Assembly: GCF_030384885.1 (NCBI RefSeq) | Contig: NZ_CP128613.1 | Length of the DNA stretch: 64,000 nt | Reading direction: 5' to 3' (one strand) | Origin: Escherichia coli | Lineage (GTDB): Bacteria; Pseudomonadota; Gammaproteobacteria; Enterobacterales; Enterobacteriaceae | Part shown: piece by piece, positions 38,049 through 47,470 of the stretch | Layout of the letters: each line of letters opens with the position of its first letter | How positions within the stretch are numbered: position 1 is the first letter of the stretch | Made by a program: the position numbers and the translations under genes | Notes under the pieces: model-generated | Databases searched by the model: none | What the model saw: only the letters and a program-made list of their open reading frames with translations | What the model was told of the DNA's origin: nothing

Positions 38049-38593
38049 TTAAGCTGGGTAAATGCAGATAATCGTTTTCTGGCTTCGCGATTTGTCGCCT
38101 GCATCACCATCCACGGACTGAACGCCCACGGCGTGGCATCAATACCGCGTAAAACCGCTGCTAAATCACACCATTGATAATCCATCACTTCATCATCGTT
38201 GATCTGTAACGCACTGGTCGTGCGTGCGGCAAATACCGGACATACTTCATTTTCTACAATGCCATTCGGATCGGTGGCGCGGTAGCGAAAGTCAGGATAG
38301 ACCGGTTCTGGTGCTGTTATTTCCACACCCAGTTCAAAGCGGCAACGGCGGATCACCGCGTCTTCGTTGCTTTCGCCCAGTTGTGGGTGCCCACAAACCG
38401 AGTTAGTCCACACGCCCGGCCATGCTTTTTTGCTAAGGGCGCGGCGGGTAACTAATAATTGCCCTTTGGCATTAAACAGCCAGCAGGAGAACGCGAGATG
38501 TAAGAGAGTGTCTGCCGTGTGTGCGGCATACTTTTCCAGCGTACCCGTGGGAACTCCCTGTGCATTCAATAAAATGACGTGTTCCGTTTGCAT
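38045..38593 (-). CDS. idi: Isopentenyl-diphosphate delta-isomerase (Nudix-type, 182 aa)
   Basis: Begins [41 protein letters not shown]; conserved Cys/Glu active-site region. Confidence 0.93.
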   Translation of the reverse strand: MQTEHVILLNAQGVPTGTLEKYAAHTADTLLHLAFSCWLFNAKGQLLVTRRALSKKAWPGVWTNSVCGHPQLGESNEDAVIRRCRFELGVEITAPEPVYPDFRYRATDPNGIVENEVCPVFAARTTSALQINDDEVMDYQWCDLAAVLRGIDATPWAFSPWMVMQATNREARKRLSAFTQLK

Positions 38594-38841
38594 AATTTCT
38601 CACATGTAATTCTAATCACTCATCATTATAGATAATTGAAGAGTGAAATGATTAACCAAGTGAGCGTTTATCGACAACCGCCCGTTTTGAGCGGATGTCG
38701 ACAGGTAAAACCATTTAAAAAAGCAGCATCATATATTTGAAGCGACTTTCAATGGCCATTGCAACACAGTCAGAAATGACAGGAATAGAGAGAGTAAAAA
38801 GCAACAACAGACTGAATATAGCGCGCATTAAAAGATTCATA

Positions 38842-40290
38842 TTATTCTCCATGCTCATTTTTCTTCAGCTTGCGCATCAGAAGCCACATACGTACTGTCC
38901 TGACTTTTAAATCTTTATCAGAGACGGATTCCTTCACCAGATCAGCATGATGCTGATAGCCATTAAAGAAGACGTTCAGCACAACGGCGCTAAGGGTTGC
39001 GAGCATAATGCCGCTATGCAGCAACGGTTGCAGTACGGCCGGTAACTTAGAAAAGAAATCGTGAGAAAGCGTCGGAGTCATGCCAACGCCGAGACTGATC
39101 GCCACAATATAGAGGTTGTAACGGTTAGTGGTGTAGTTACAGCGCGACAGAATTCGAATCCCCGTCGCCAGTACCATGCCGAACATCACCAGCCCTGCGC
39201 CGCCAAGCACAAATTGCGGAATCGAGGCTACCAGCACCGCCATTTTGGGCACCATGCCAAACATGATTAATATGATCCCCGAAGAAATACACACCCAGCG
39301 ACTATGAACGCGAGTCACGCTAACCAGGCCAACGTTTTGAGAAAATGACGTGTGGGGGAAGCTGTTAAACGTTCCGCCTAACATTGTCCCTACACCATCG
39401 ACACGCAGCCCGCGAATAATATCGTGCGAAGAGAGTTTACGACCGACTATTTCACCCAGTGCCAGGAACATCCCCATCGACTCGATAAACACGATGATTA
39501 ACACAGCGGTCATGGTTAGAATAGAAACGGGGTCAAATACCGGCATACCAAACGACATTGGGGTGACAATCGCAAACCACGAAGCATCATGTAGCCCGGA
39601 CAAATTGACTTCATTCATCATCCACGAAAGTAAAAAGCCAAATACAATCCCCAGTAATACGGCGACGTTGGACATAAATCCTTTCGCATAGCGAGTAATG
39701 AGCAAGATAAAAATTAAGACGGCAAAGGAGATACCTAAATAAACGGGATTACCATATTGCGGATTCCCTTTACCTCCAGCGGCCCAGTCAATACCGACCT
39801 GAATAATGCTAAGCCCGATAGAAGTAATAACCACACCGGTAACCAGTGGCGGGAATAAAGGCATTAAGCGACCGATAAGTGGTGCTAATAATGTGGTGAT
39901 AAATCCCGCGGCGATAGTGGCACCAAATATCCCCAGCAGGCCGATATCCGGGTTCATGCCAATGGCTATCATTGGTGTTACAGCAGCAAAGGTTACCGAC
40001 ATAATCACCGGCAGACGGATCCCCATAAAGCGGCCGATGCCGATACATTGTAATAATGTGACGATCCCGCAGCAAAAGAGATCCGAGCTAATGAGCATCG
40101 CAATAGCTTCTTTTGAGAGGCCCAGTCGGTCACCAATCATAAGAGGAACAGCGACTGCACCTGCGTACATTACAAGGACGTGTTGCAGACCGAGTATGAT
40201 CAGCTTTCCTGGTGATAATATGCGGTCAACCTCATCAGTTGGGCGGTCTTGCCCTTGAGATGAGGGAAGTTGGGAATCTATGGCGCTCAT
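38842..40290 (-). CDS. uacT: Uric acid/xanthine permease UacT (YgfU, NCS2/NAT family, 482 aa)
   Basis: NAT-family polytopic membrane protein; begins MSAIDSQLPSSQGQDRPTDEV; the track start at 40419 is extended. Confidence 0.88.
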   Translation of the reverse strand: MSAIDSQLPSSQGQDRPTDEVDRILSPGKLIILGLQHVLVMYAGAVAVPLMIGDRLGLSKEAIAMLISSDLFCCGIVTLLQCIGIGRFMGIRLPVIMSVTFAAVTPMIAIGMNPDIGLLGIFGATIAAGFITTLLAPLIGRLMPLFPPLVTGVVITSIGLSIIQVGIDWAAGGKGNPQYGNPVYLGISFAVLIFILLITRYAKGFMSNVAVLLGIVFGFLLSWMMNEVNLSGLHDASWFAIVTPMSFGMPVFDPVSILTMTAVLIIVFIESMGMFLALGEIVGRKLSSHDIIRGLRVDGVGTMLGGTFNSFPHTSFSQNVGLVSVTRVHSRWVCISSGIILIMFGMVPKMAVLVASIPQFVLGGAGLVMFGMVLATGIRILSRCNYTTNRYNLYIVAISLGVGMTPTLSHDFFSKLPAVLQPLLHSGIMLATLSAVVLNVFFNGYQHHADLVKESVSDKDLKVRTVRMWLLMRKLKKNEHGE

Positions 40291-40725
40291 CAGTGTTTCT
40301 CCTTTCGCCCGCCAGAGTAAAAAGCAACCGTTTACGTTATTGAAACTGTCTAAACATATGCTCGTGGAGTGCCAGTTTTTGCGAGGAAGGGGAGTTAGAG
40401 ACAGGAATTGCGGAGGCAATCACATAATCGTGGTTAAACCATGAAAATGAGAAGAGAACCTGACAATGGAATTATCTGTAATTTTCTCATATTGATATTT
40501 CATTAATCATTCTGGCATGTCGCACTCTCGCATTTAATCGTTTTTATCTGGATAGCGCTCTTTTGGTCGGCAATGTTGAAATAATGAAAGCGGCACAGAT
40601 TGAGGGGCAATAATTTGAACTCAGTCGCAAAATTATAATTAAAACGGTCATGCTACCTAATATATGCCCGTTTATTGCATCGCGAAATTTGAGAAGACAT
40701 AACTCATTAAATGAAAGGGATGCAA

Positions 40726-42645
40726 ATGAATAAGTTTATCGCTGCTGAAGCTGCGGAATGTATAGGCTGTCATGCTTGTGAAATTGCCTGTGCGGTGGCA
40801 CATAATCAAGAAAACTGGCCGCTGAGTCACAGTGACTTTCGACCGCGTATCCACGTTGTAGGGAAAGGCCAGGCTGCGAATCCGGTGGCCTGTCATCACT
40901 GCAACAATGCTCCTTGCGTTACGGCTTGTCCGGTTAATGCTCTGACTTTCCAGCCCGATAGCGTACAACTGGACGAGCAAAAATGTATTGGTTGTAAAAG
41001 ATGCGCAATCGCTTGCCCCTTTGGCGTCGTTGAGATGGTCGATACGATTGCGCAGAAATGCGACCTTTGTAACCAGCGCAGTTCCGGCACGCAAGCCTGT
41101 ATTGACGTATGCCCAACACAGGCGTTACGGCTGATGGACGATAAAGGGTTGCAGCAGATAAAGGTGGCCCGCCAGCGCAAAACGGCAGCAGGAAAAGCGT
41201 CATCAGACGCTCAGCCATCTCGCAGTGCAGCATTGCTCCCCGTTAACTCGCGTAAAGGCGCAGATAAAATTTCAGCGAGTGAACGGAAAACCCACTTTGG
41301 CGAAATTTATTGCGGGCTGGATCCACAACAAGCGACTTATGAGAGTGACCGCTGTGTTTATTGTGCCGAAAAAGCTAACTGCAACTGGCATTGCCCGCTG
41401 CATAACGCTATTCCGGATTACATCCGTCTGGTACATGAAGGAAAGATTATTGAAGCGGCAGAACTCTGCCACCAGACCAGCTCCTTACCAGAAATCTGCG
41501 GCAGGGTATGTCCACAGGACCGTCTTTGTGAAGGCGCATGTACTTTGAAAGATCACTCTGGCGCAGTCTCTATCGGTAATCTGGAGCGCTACATCACCGA
41601 TACTGCGTTGGCGATGGGCTGGCGTCCCGATGTCAGCATGGTAGTTCCCCGTATCGAAAAAGTGGCGGTGATTGGCGCTGGGCCTGCAGGATTAGGGTGT
41701 GCTGATATCCTGGCGCGCGCGGGAGTTCAGGTTGATGTCTTTGATCGCCATCCAGAAATTGGCGGTATGCTGACTTTTGGCATTCCTCCTTTCAAACTCG
41801 ATAAAACAGTCTTAAGCCAGCGGCGAGAGATATTCACCGCAATGGGAATCGACTTTCATCTTAACTGTGAAATTGGCCGCGATATTACCTTTAGCGATTT
41901 AACTTCTGAATATGATGCAGTTTTCATCGGCGTGGGGACTTACGGGATGATGCGAGCAGATCTGCCGCATGAAGATGCGCCCGGTGTCATTCAGGCTCTA
42001 CCGTTCCTGACTGCCCATACCCGCCAGTTGATGGGATTGCCGGAGTCTGAAGAGTATCCGCTGACGGATGTGGAAGGTAAGCGAGTCGTGGTATTGGGCG
42101 GTGGCGATACGACCATGGATTGTTTGCGTACCTCCATCCGCCTCAATGCTGCCAGCGTGACCTGCGCCTATCGTCGTGATGAAGTCAGTATGCCGGGCTC
42201 GCGTAAAGAGGTGGTCAATGCGCGCGAGGAAGGTGTCGAGTTTCAATTCAATGTTCAGCCGCAATATATCGCTTGTGACGAAGATGGGCGTTTAACTGCG
42301 GTGGGCCTTATTCGTACCGCTATGGGTGAGCCGGGTCCGGATGGACGCCGTCGTCCTCGTCCGGTAGCGGGTTCAGAGTTTGAGCTGCCTGCCGATGTTC
42401 TGATTATGGCCTTTGGTTTCCAGGCGCATGCCATGCCGTGGTTGCAAGGCAGCGGAATTAAGCTCGATAAATGGGGCCTGATTCAAACCGGGGACGTCGG
42501 GTATTTACCTACCCAGACGCACCTGAAAAAAGTCTTTGCTGGTGGGGATGCAGTTCATGGCGCGGATCTGGTTGTCACTGCAATGGCCGCAGGAAGGCAG
42601 GCGGCGCGCGATATGTTATCTCTGTTTGATTCGAAGGCATCGTGA
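40726..42645 (+). CDS. ygfT: Fused 4Fe-4S ferredoxin / GltD-like NAD(P)H-dependent oxidoreductase YgfT (639 aa)
   Basis: N-terminal CxxCxxCxxxCP clusters ([13 protein letters not shown]..., [12 protein letters not shown]) and a C-terminal pyridine-nucleotide disulfide-oxidoreductase fold ([14 protein letters not shown]). Confidence 0.88.
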   Translation: MNKFIAAEAAECIGCHACEIACAVAHNQENWPLSHSDFRPRIHVVGKGQAANPVACHHCNNAPCVTACPVNALTFQPDSVQLDEQKCIGCKRCAIACPFGVVEMVDTIAQKCDLCNQRSSGTQACIDVCPTQALRLMDDKGLQQIKVARQRKTAAGKASSDAQPSRSAALLPVNSRKGADKISASERKTHFGEIYCGLDPQQATYESDRCVYCAEKANCNWHCPLHNAIPDYIRLVHEGKIIEAAELCHQTSSLPEICGRVCPQDRLCEGACTLKDHSGAVSIGNLERYITDTALAMGWRPDVSMVVPRIEKVAVIGAGPAGLGCADILARAGVQVDVFDRHPEIGGMLTFGIPPFKLDKTVLSQRREIFTAMGIDFHLNCEIGRDITFSDLTSEYDAVFIGVGTYGMMRADLPHEDAPGVIQALPFLTAHTRQLMGLPESEEYPLTDVEGKRVVVLGGGDTTMDCLRTSIRLNAASVTCAYRRDEVSMPGSRKEVVNAREEGVEFQFNVQPQYIACDEDGRLTAVGLIRTAMGEPGPDGRRRPRPVAGSEFELPADVLIMAFGFQAHAMPWLQGSGIKLDKWGLIQTGDVGYLPTQTHLKKVFAGGDAVHGADLVVTAMAAGRQAARDMLSLFDSKAS

Positions 42646-43133
42646 TGAAATCGTTAATTATCGTTAATCCGGCTGATTGTATTGGCTGCCGTACTTGTGA
42701 AGTAGCCTGTGTGGTCGCTCACCTTTCAGAACAGGAGTTGAATGCCGATGTCTTTTTGCCTCGGCTGAAGGTACAGCGACTGGACAGCATCAGTGCGCCG
42801 GTGATGTGCCATCAGTGTGAAAACGCCCCTTGTGTCGGCGCTTGCCCCGTGCAGGCGCTGACGATGGGCGAGCAGGTGGTGCAGGCAAATTCTGCCCGTT
42901 GTATTGGCTGTCAGAGTTGCGTCAGTGCGTGTCCGTTTGGGATGATCACCATTCAGTCGTTGCCGGGGGATACCCGGCAACAAATTGTGAAATGCGATCT
43001 CTGTGAACAGCGGGAAGAGGGGTCTGCCTGCGTTGAATCTTGCCCGACACAGGCGCTGCAGTTGCTTACTGAAAGAGAACTCAGGCGAGTCCGCCAGCAG
43101 CGTATTGTTGCCAGCGGTGAGAATCCTCTCTGA
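42642..43133 (+). CDS. ygfS: 4Fe-4S ferredoxin-type protein YgfS (162-163 aa)
   Basis: Multiple Cys4 ferredoxin motifs ([24 protein letters not shown]); ATGA overlap with ygfT. Confidence 0.87.
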   Translation: MMKSLIIVNPADCIGCRTCEVACVVAHLSEQELNADVFLPRLKVQRLDSISAPVMCHQCENAPCVGACPVQALTMGEQVVQANSARCIGCQSCVSACPFGMITIQSLPGDTRQQIVKCDLCEQREEGSACVESCPTQALQLLTERELRRVRQQRIVASGENPL

Positions 43134-43137
43134 AAGA

Positions 43138-43165
43138 ATTCTCCGCGCTGAAAGGCGCGGAGAAT
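43138..43165. terminator. Bidirectional terminator hairpin between convergent ygfS and ghxQ
   Basis: ATTCTCCGCGC TGAAAG GCGCGGAGAAT perfect 11-bp stem. Confidence 0.65.
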
Positions 43166-43168
43166 CTA

Positions 43169-44536
43169 TTAGATAGCCCATCCACCCGCGTAAAATGCGA
43201 CCAGTGCGGCAGTAATGATTACCGTACCAATATTCAGCTTTTGCCATTCGCGTGCAAAGACGCGGCCTACGACCAGTGTCACAAAGCCCAGCATAATACC
43301 GGTAACGATATTACAAGTCAGAACGATAAACACGGCACACACCAGGCCAGCCATTGCGTCAATAAAATCGTTGAAATCCAGCTTCGAGACGTTACTTAAC
43401 ATCAGCAAACCTACGTACATCAGAGCGGGTGCAGTGGCGTAACCAGGGATCAAAAATGACAGTGGTGATAAAAACAGAATCAACAGGAATAACGCCCCCA
43501 CTACGGTTGCGGTCAACCCTGTTTTACCCCCGGCGGCGGTTCCTGCCGCTGATTCGATATAAACCGCTGCGGGCGCAGCACCCACCAGGCCGGAGAATAT
43601 TGAACTTACTGAGTCACTGGTCAGGGCTTTACCGCCGTTGATGATCTGGTTGTCTTTATCTAACAAATTCGCCTGACCGGCGACGGCACGGATGGTACCG
43701 GTGGCGTCGAACACTGCGGTCATCACCAATGCCAGTACACTCGGAAGTACAGTTGGCTGGAGTGCCCCCATAATATCGAGGCTGAAAATCAGAGACTTAC
43801 CATCTTCGCCAGTCAGACTGGGCATCGCCACCAGACCGTGGTACTTCACCGCTGGATCAAAGATTAAGCCGATGATCGAAATTGCAATAATCACCAACAA
43901 GATCCCGCCAGGTACGCGGCACTTTTCCAGACCGAAGATGACCGCCAGACCCAGTAAGCTCATCATCACCGGGAAGGAGGTAAACGCACCGAGCGCCACC
44001 GGCAAGCCTTCAATCGGGTTTTTGATAACCATTCCCACACCGTTAGCAGCAATCAGCAGCAGAAACAGGCCGATACCGATACCTGTGCCGTGAGCGATAC
44101 CCATCGGTAAATTACGTAATATCCAGGTTCGCACACCGGTTACAGAAATGGCGGTGAAGATGACGCCCATCAGAAAGACCGCACCCAGTGCGACAGGAAC
44201 GCTAATTTGTTGCCCGAGTACCAGACTGAATGCGGTAAATGCCGTTAAGGAAATAGCGCAACCAATCGCCATTGGCAAGTTGGCCCACAAGCCCATCAGC
44301 AACGAGCCGAAGCCCGCGACCAGACAGGTGGCAACAAACACAGCTGCGGGAGGAAAACCTGCTTTGCCCAGCATTCCCGGAACGACGATAACGGAATAAA
44401 CCATGGCCAGAAAGGTCGTTAAGCCAGCCAGTACTTCCTGACGAACGGTACTGCCACGAGCGGTAATTTTAAAATAATTATCCAGCGCGCCTTGTGGCTT
44501 TGGTGCGTCCGGTGTTTGTAGGATGTCTCCAGACAT
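43169..44536 (-). CDS. ghxQ: Guanine/hypoxanthine permease GhxQ (YgfQ, AzgA-like NCS2, 455 aa)
   Basis: AzgA-family membrane transporter sequence; synteny with guaD. Confidence 0.88.
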   Translation of the reverse strand: MSGDILQTPDAPKPQGALDNYFKITARGSTVRQEVLAGLTTFLAMVYSVIVVPGMLGKAGFPPAAVFVATCLVAGFGSLLMGLWANLPMAIGCAISLTAFTAFSLVLGQQISVPVALGAVFLMGVIFTAISVTGVRTWILRNLPMGIAHGTGIGIGLFLLLIAANGVGMVIKNPIEGLPVALGAFTSFPVMMSLLGLAVIFGLEKCRVPGGILLVIIAISIIGLIFDPAVKYHGLVAMPSLTGEDGKSLIFSLDIMGALQPTVLPSVLALVMTAVFDATGTIRAVAGQANLLDKDNQIINGGKALTSDSVSSIFSGLVGAAPAAVYIESAAGTAAGGKTGLTATVVGALFLLILFLSPLSFLIPGYATAPALMYVGLLMLSNVSKLDFNDFIDAMAGLVCAVFIVLTCNIVTGIMLGFVTLVVGRVFAREWQKLNIGTVIITAALVAFYAGGWAI

Positions 44537-44571
44537 AATGATGTCCTCACGAGGATGTTAAAGTTTTATTA

Positions 44572-45891
44572 TTAGTTGCGTTCGTACACCAGACGACCAT
44601 CAACGTAGGTGCGGTAGATCGAACGGTCATCGCCCAACGTCATCATCACGAACAATTTGTCGACTAAAGAAACAGAGTTGTCATAGCGCAGCTGCTGTAG
44701 CGGGGTGGCGGTGGGTTCCATCACCACGAAATCAGCCTCTTTGCCAGGTAAAAAGTTGCCAATCAAATCGTCAAGGCCCAGAGATTTCGCCCCGCCGAGC
44801 GTGGCAAGGTAAAACGCTTCATATGCCGAGAGGCGATAGCCTTGTAATTGCAACACTTTGTAGGCTTCGTTCAGCGTTTGCAGCATGTTGAAAGTTGTTC
44901 CTGCGCCAATGTCAGTCCCCATGCCCACTTTGACTTTCTTCTGCCATGCTTTTTTCAAGTTGAATAAGCCACTGCCGAGGTAAAGGTTGGAGGTAGGACA
45001 GAAAGCAATGCTGGATTTGGTTTCGCTGAGACGATCCCACTCTTTCTCTTCGAGATGGACGCAGTGAGCAAAGACACAATTTTTACCTGTCAGACCGTAC
45101 TGATGGTAAACATCCAGATAACCATCATGGTCAGGATAAAGCGATTTGACCCAGGCAATTTCATCTTTATTTTCACAAAGATGGGTATGTACCCATGTGT
45201 CGGGATACTCTTCTTTCAGGCGTTGCGCCATCGCCATCTGTTCAGGAGATGAGGTTGGGGCGAAGCGTGGCGTAATCGCATACAACAGACGACCATTTTT
45301 GTGCCAGCGTTCGATCAGTTCTTTGCTTTGGTGATAGCTGCTTTCGGCAGTGTCGAGCAGATAATCCGGTGCGTTGCGGTCCATCATCACCTTACCGGCA
45401 ATCATACGCATATTGATATGACTGGCGGCTTCAAACAGCGCATCAACGGATTGCGGATGAACGGTACCAAACACCAACGCTGTGGTGGTTCCGTTACGTA
45501 AAAGCTGCTTGATGAAGAACGCCGACATTTCGCGGGCGTACTCTAAATCCTCATAACGACGTTCAGTAGGGAAGGTGTGTTTATTCAACCACTCCAACAA
45601 TTGTTCACCATAGGCCCCAACCATTTCACTTTGCGGATAATGGATATGTGTATCGACAAAGCCCGGTACTACCAGTTTGCCGCGATAGTCGCGCACGCGA
45701 ATGGTGTCAGGAATTTGATGCTTTCCGTCTTCCCATTCGCCAAACCATTCCACTTTTCCCTGTTTAATGAGTAATAAACCATCCTCAATAAACCGCAGCG
45801 CAGAGGCAATCTCTTCCGGGTTATCGACCGTACGGGTGACATCAATAAAACTGCCTCGTACCGCTTTTAACGTGTGTTCTCCTGACATCAT
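44572..45891 (-). CDS. guaD: Guanine deaminase (amidohydrolase, 439 aa)
   Basis: Begins MMSGEHTLKAVRGSFIDV; metal-binding HxH (FVDTHIHYPQ); the track start at 46011 is extended. Confidence 0.92.
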   Translation of the reverse strand: MMSGEHTLKAVRGSFIDVTRTVDNPEEIASALRFIEDGLLLIKQGKVEWFGEWEDGKHQIPDTIRVRDYRGKLVVPGFVDTHIHYPQSEMVGAYGEQLLEWLNKHTFPTERRYEDLEYAREMSAFFIKQLLRNGTTTALVFGTVHPQSVDALFEAASHINMRMIAGKVMMDRNAPDYLLDTAESSYHQSKELIERWHKNGRLLYAITPRFAPTSSPEQMAMAQRLKEEYPDTWVHTHLCENKDEIAWVKSLYPDHDGYLDVYHQYGLTGKNCVFAHCVHLEEKEWDRLSETKSSIAFCPTSNLYLGSGLFNLKKAWQKKVKVGMGTDIGAGTTFNMLQTLNEAYKVLQLQGYRLSAYEAFYLATLGGAKSLGLDDLIGNFLPGKEADFVVMEPTATPLQQLRYDNSVSLVDKLFVMMTLGDDRSIYRTYVDGRLVYERN

Positions 45892-45905
45892 TGACTCCTT
45901 TACTG

Positions 45906-47306
45906 TTAATCCATCTCTTCCGCTGAGGTAATACCAGGCAGAACGTTTTCCTGTCGATAGCCACCAGGGAGGATAATATTTAATAAAATCGCAGTTAATC
46001 CACCAGCACAAATAGGGTTTTCAACTAATACATAAATAGAGGCTGGCAATATTTTAAAAATTTCCGGGTCGTAGGAGACGCCAAGCCCTAAACCTAAAGA
46101 AGTGGCGACAATAAGTGTTTCACGGCGCTTTAATCCGTTGGTGATGATGATGCGAATCCCAGCGATGGCAATCATGGAAAACATCAACGTCATTGCGCCT
46201 CCCAGAACAGCCGAGGGAATGGTCGTGAAGAAGCCGCCAATCATTGGAAACAAGCCGAGAATAACCAACATGACCGCGATGGTTCGCCCGACATAACGTG
46301 AAGCGACACCGGTCATCTGAATAACCCCATTATTTTGCGCAAACGTGGTTAACGGTAATGAACCGACAGCGGAAGCGATAACCGAAACCAGGCCATCTGC
46401 CAGTACGCCGCCTTTCAGACGCGACTGATACTCTTCTCCCTGGATGGGGCGGCGGGAAACCATTGCCGTGGCGGTGATATCGCCGACAGCTTCCAGCACG
46501 CTAAGCAAATAAATCGTGCCGACCACCAGGAACTGATGGAAGCTGAAACTAAACCCGTATTTGAACGGATGCGGGATGGTGATTAACGGCAAATTGCGCA
46601 TACTGCTGAAATCCACCATGCCCAGGCATAACGACGCGATATAACCGACACATAGCCCAATGGCAATCCCTCCCATGCGTAGTAACGGACTGCGGCAGCA
46701 GTTAAAGCCGATCACCACAATCAAAACCAATAAACCAACGCCGAGATGTTCGTAATTGCCGAACGTACCGCTGCTTTTGGCAGCAAATCCTCCACCAAAA
46801 TCGATAATGCCGACTTTAATCAGGCTTAAGCCGATCATCAGCACCACAATGCCGCTAACGGTAGGTGTAATAACCCGACGTAAATAGGGCAGGATAAAAG
46901 AAGAGCCGACAACCAGAAATGCGCCAACGAAGGAGACGCCGAGAAGCGACGACATGATTAACTCTTCGTGAAAACCATCGCTTTTCATGCTGCTGCCCAG
47001 CGCAATCATGACTGTAACAAATGAAAAATTGACTGACTGAATTGAGAGTAGGCCAGAACCGACGATGCCATAGCGGTTTACCTGTAACCAGGTACCAATA
47101 CCAGAGGCGATCATCGCCATAGAAACAAGATAGGCGGTTGTTTCAGCGGAAAGCTGTAAGGCCGCACCCACGATTAACGCAGGGGTTACCATCGGAACGA
47201 AAATTGCCAACAGATGGGTAATGGCACCAACGAAAGCCTGATGAAAGGGAGGGCGATCCTCCAGTTCAAATATAAGGTCAGAACCTGCATGGTTTATATC
47301 AGACAT
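45906..47306 (-). CDS. xanQ: Xanthine permease XanQ (YgfO, NAT family, 466 aa)
   Basis: Begins MSDINHAGSDLIFELEDRPPFHQAF; NAT-family signature region. Confidence 0.9.
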   Translation of the reverse strand: MSDINHAGSDLIFELEDRPPFHQAFVGAITHLLAIFVPMVTPALIVGAALQLSAETTAYLVSMAMIASGIGTWLQVNRYGIVGSGLLSIQSVNFSFVTVMIALGSSMKSDGFHEELIMSSLLGVSFVGAFLVVGSSFILPYLRRVITPTVSGIVVLMIGLSLIKVGIIDFGGGFAAKSSGTFGNYEHLGVGLLVLIVVIGFNCCRSPLLRMGGIAIGLCVGYIASLCLGMVDFSSMRNLPLITIPHPFKYGFSFSFHQFLVVGTIYLLSVLEAVGDITATAMVSRRPIQGEEYQSRLKGGVLADGLVSVIASAVGSLPLTTFAQNNGVIQMTGVASRYVGRTIAVMLVILGLFPMIGGFFTTIPSAVLGGAMTLMFSMIAIAGIRIIITNGLKRRETLIVATSLGLGLGVSYDPEIFKILPASIYVLVENPICAGGLTAILLNIILPGGYRQENVLPGITSAEEMD

Positions 47307-47470
47307 CCCTTCACTCCTTTTAAAGTAAATTTGATCATCTGAATCAGTAAAATAAATTCCCACGAATTTGGGGCGCAGGACGCCTTGAGAACGGCTTATC
47401 TCATTTTCGCAGTCACTATTTAGTCATCGTTCAAACAGAGAAACAGGCCGCCGAAGCGGCCATTTATTAT

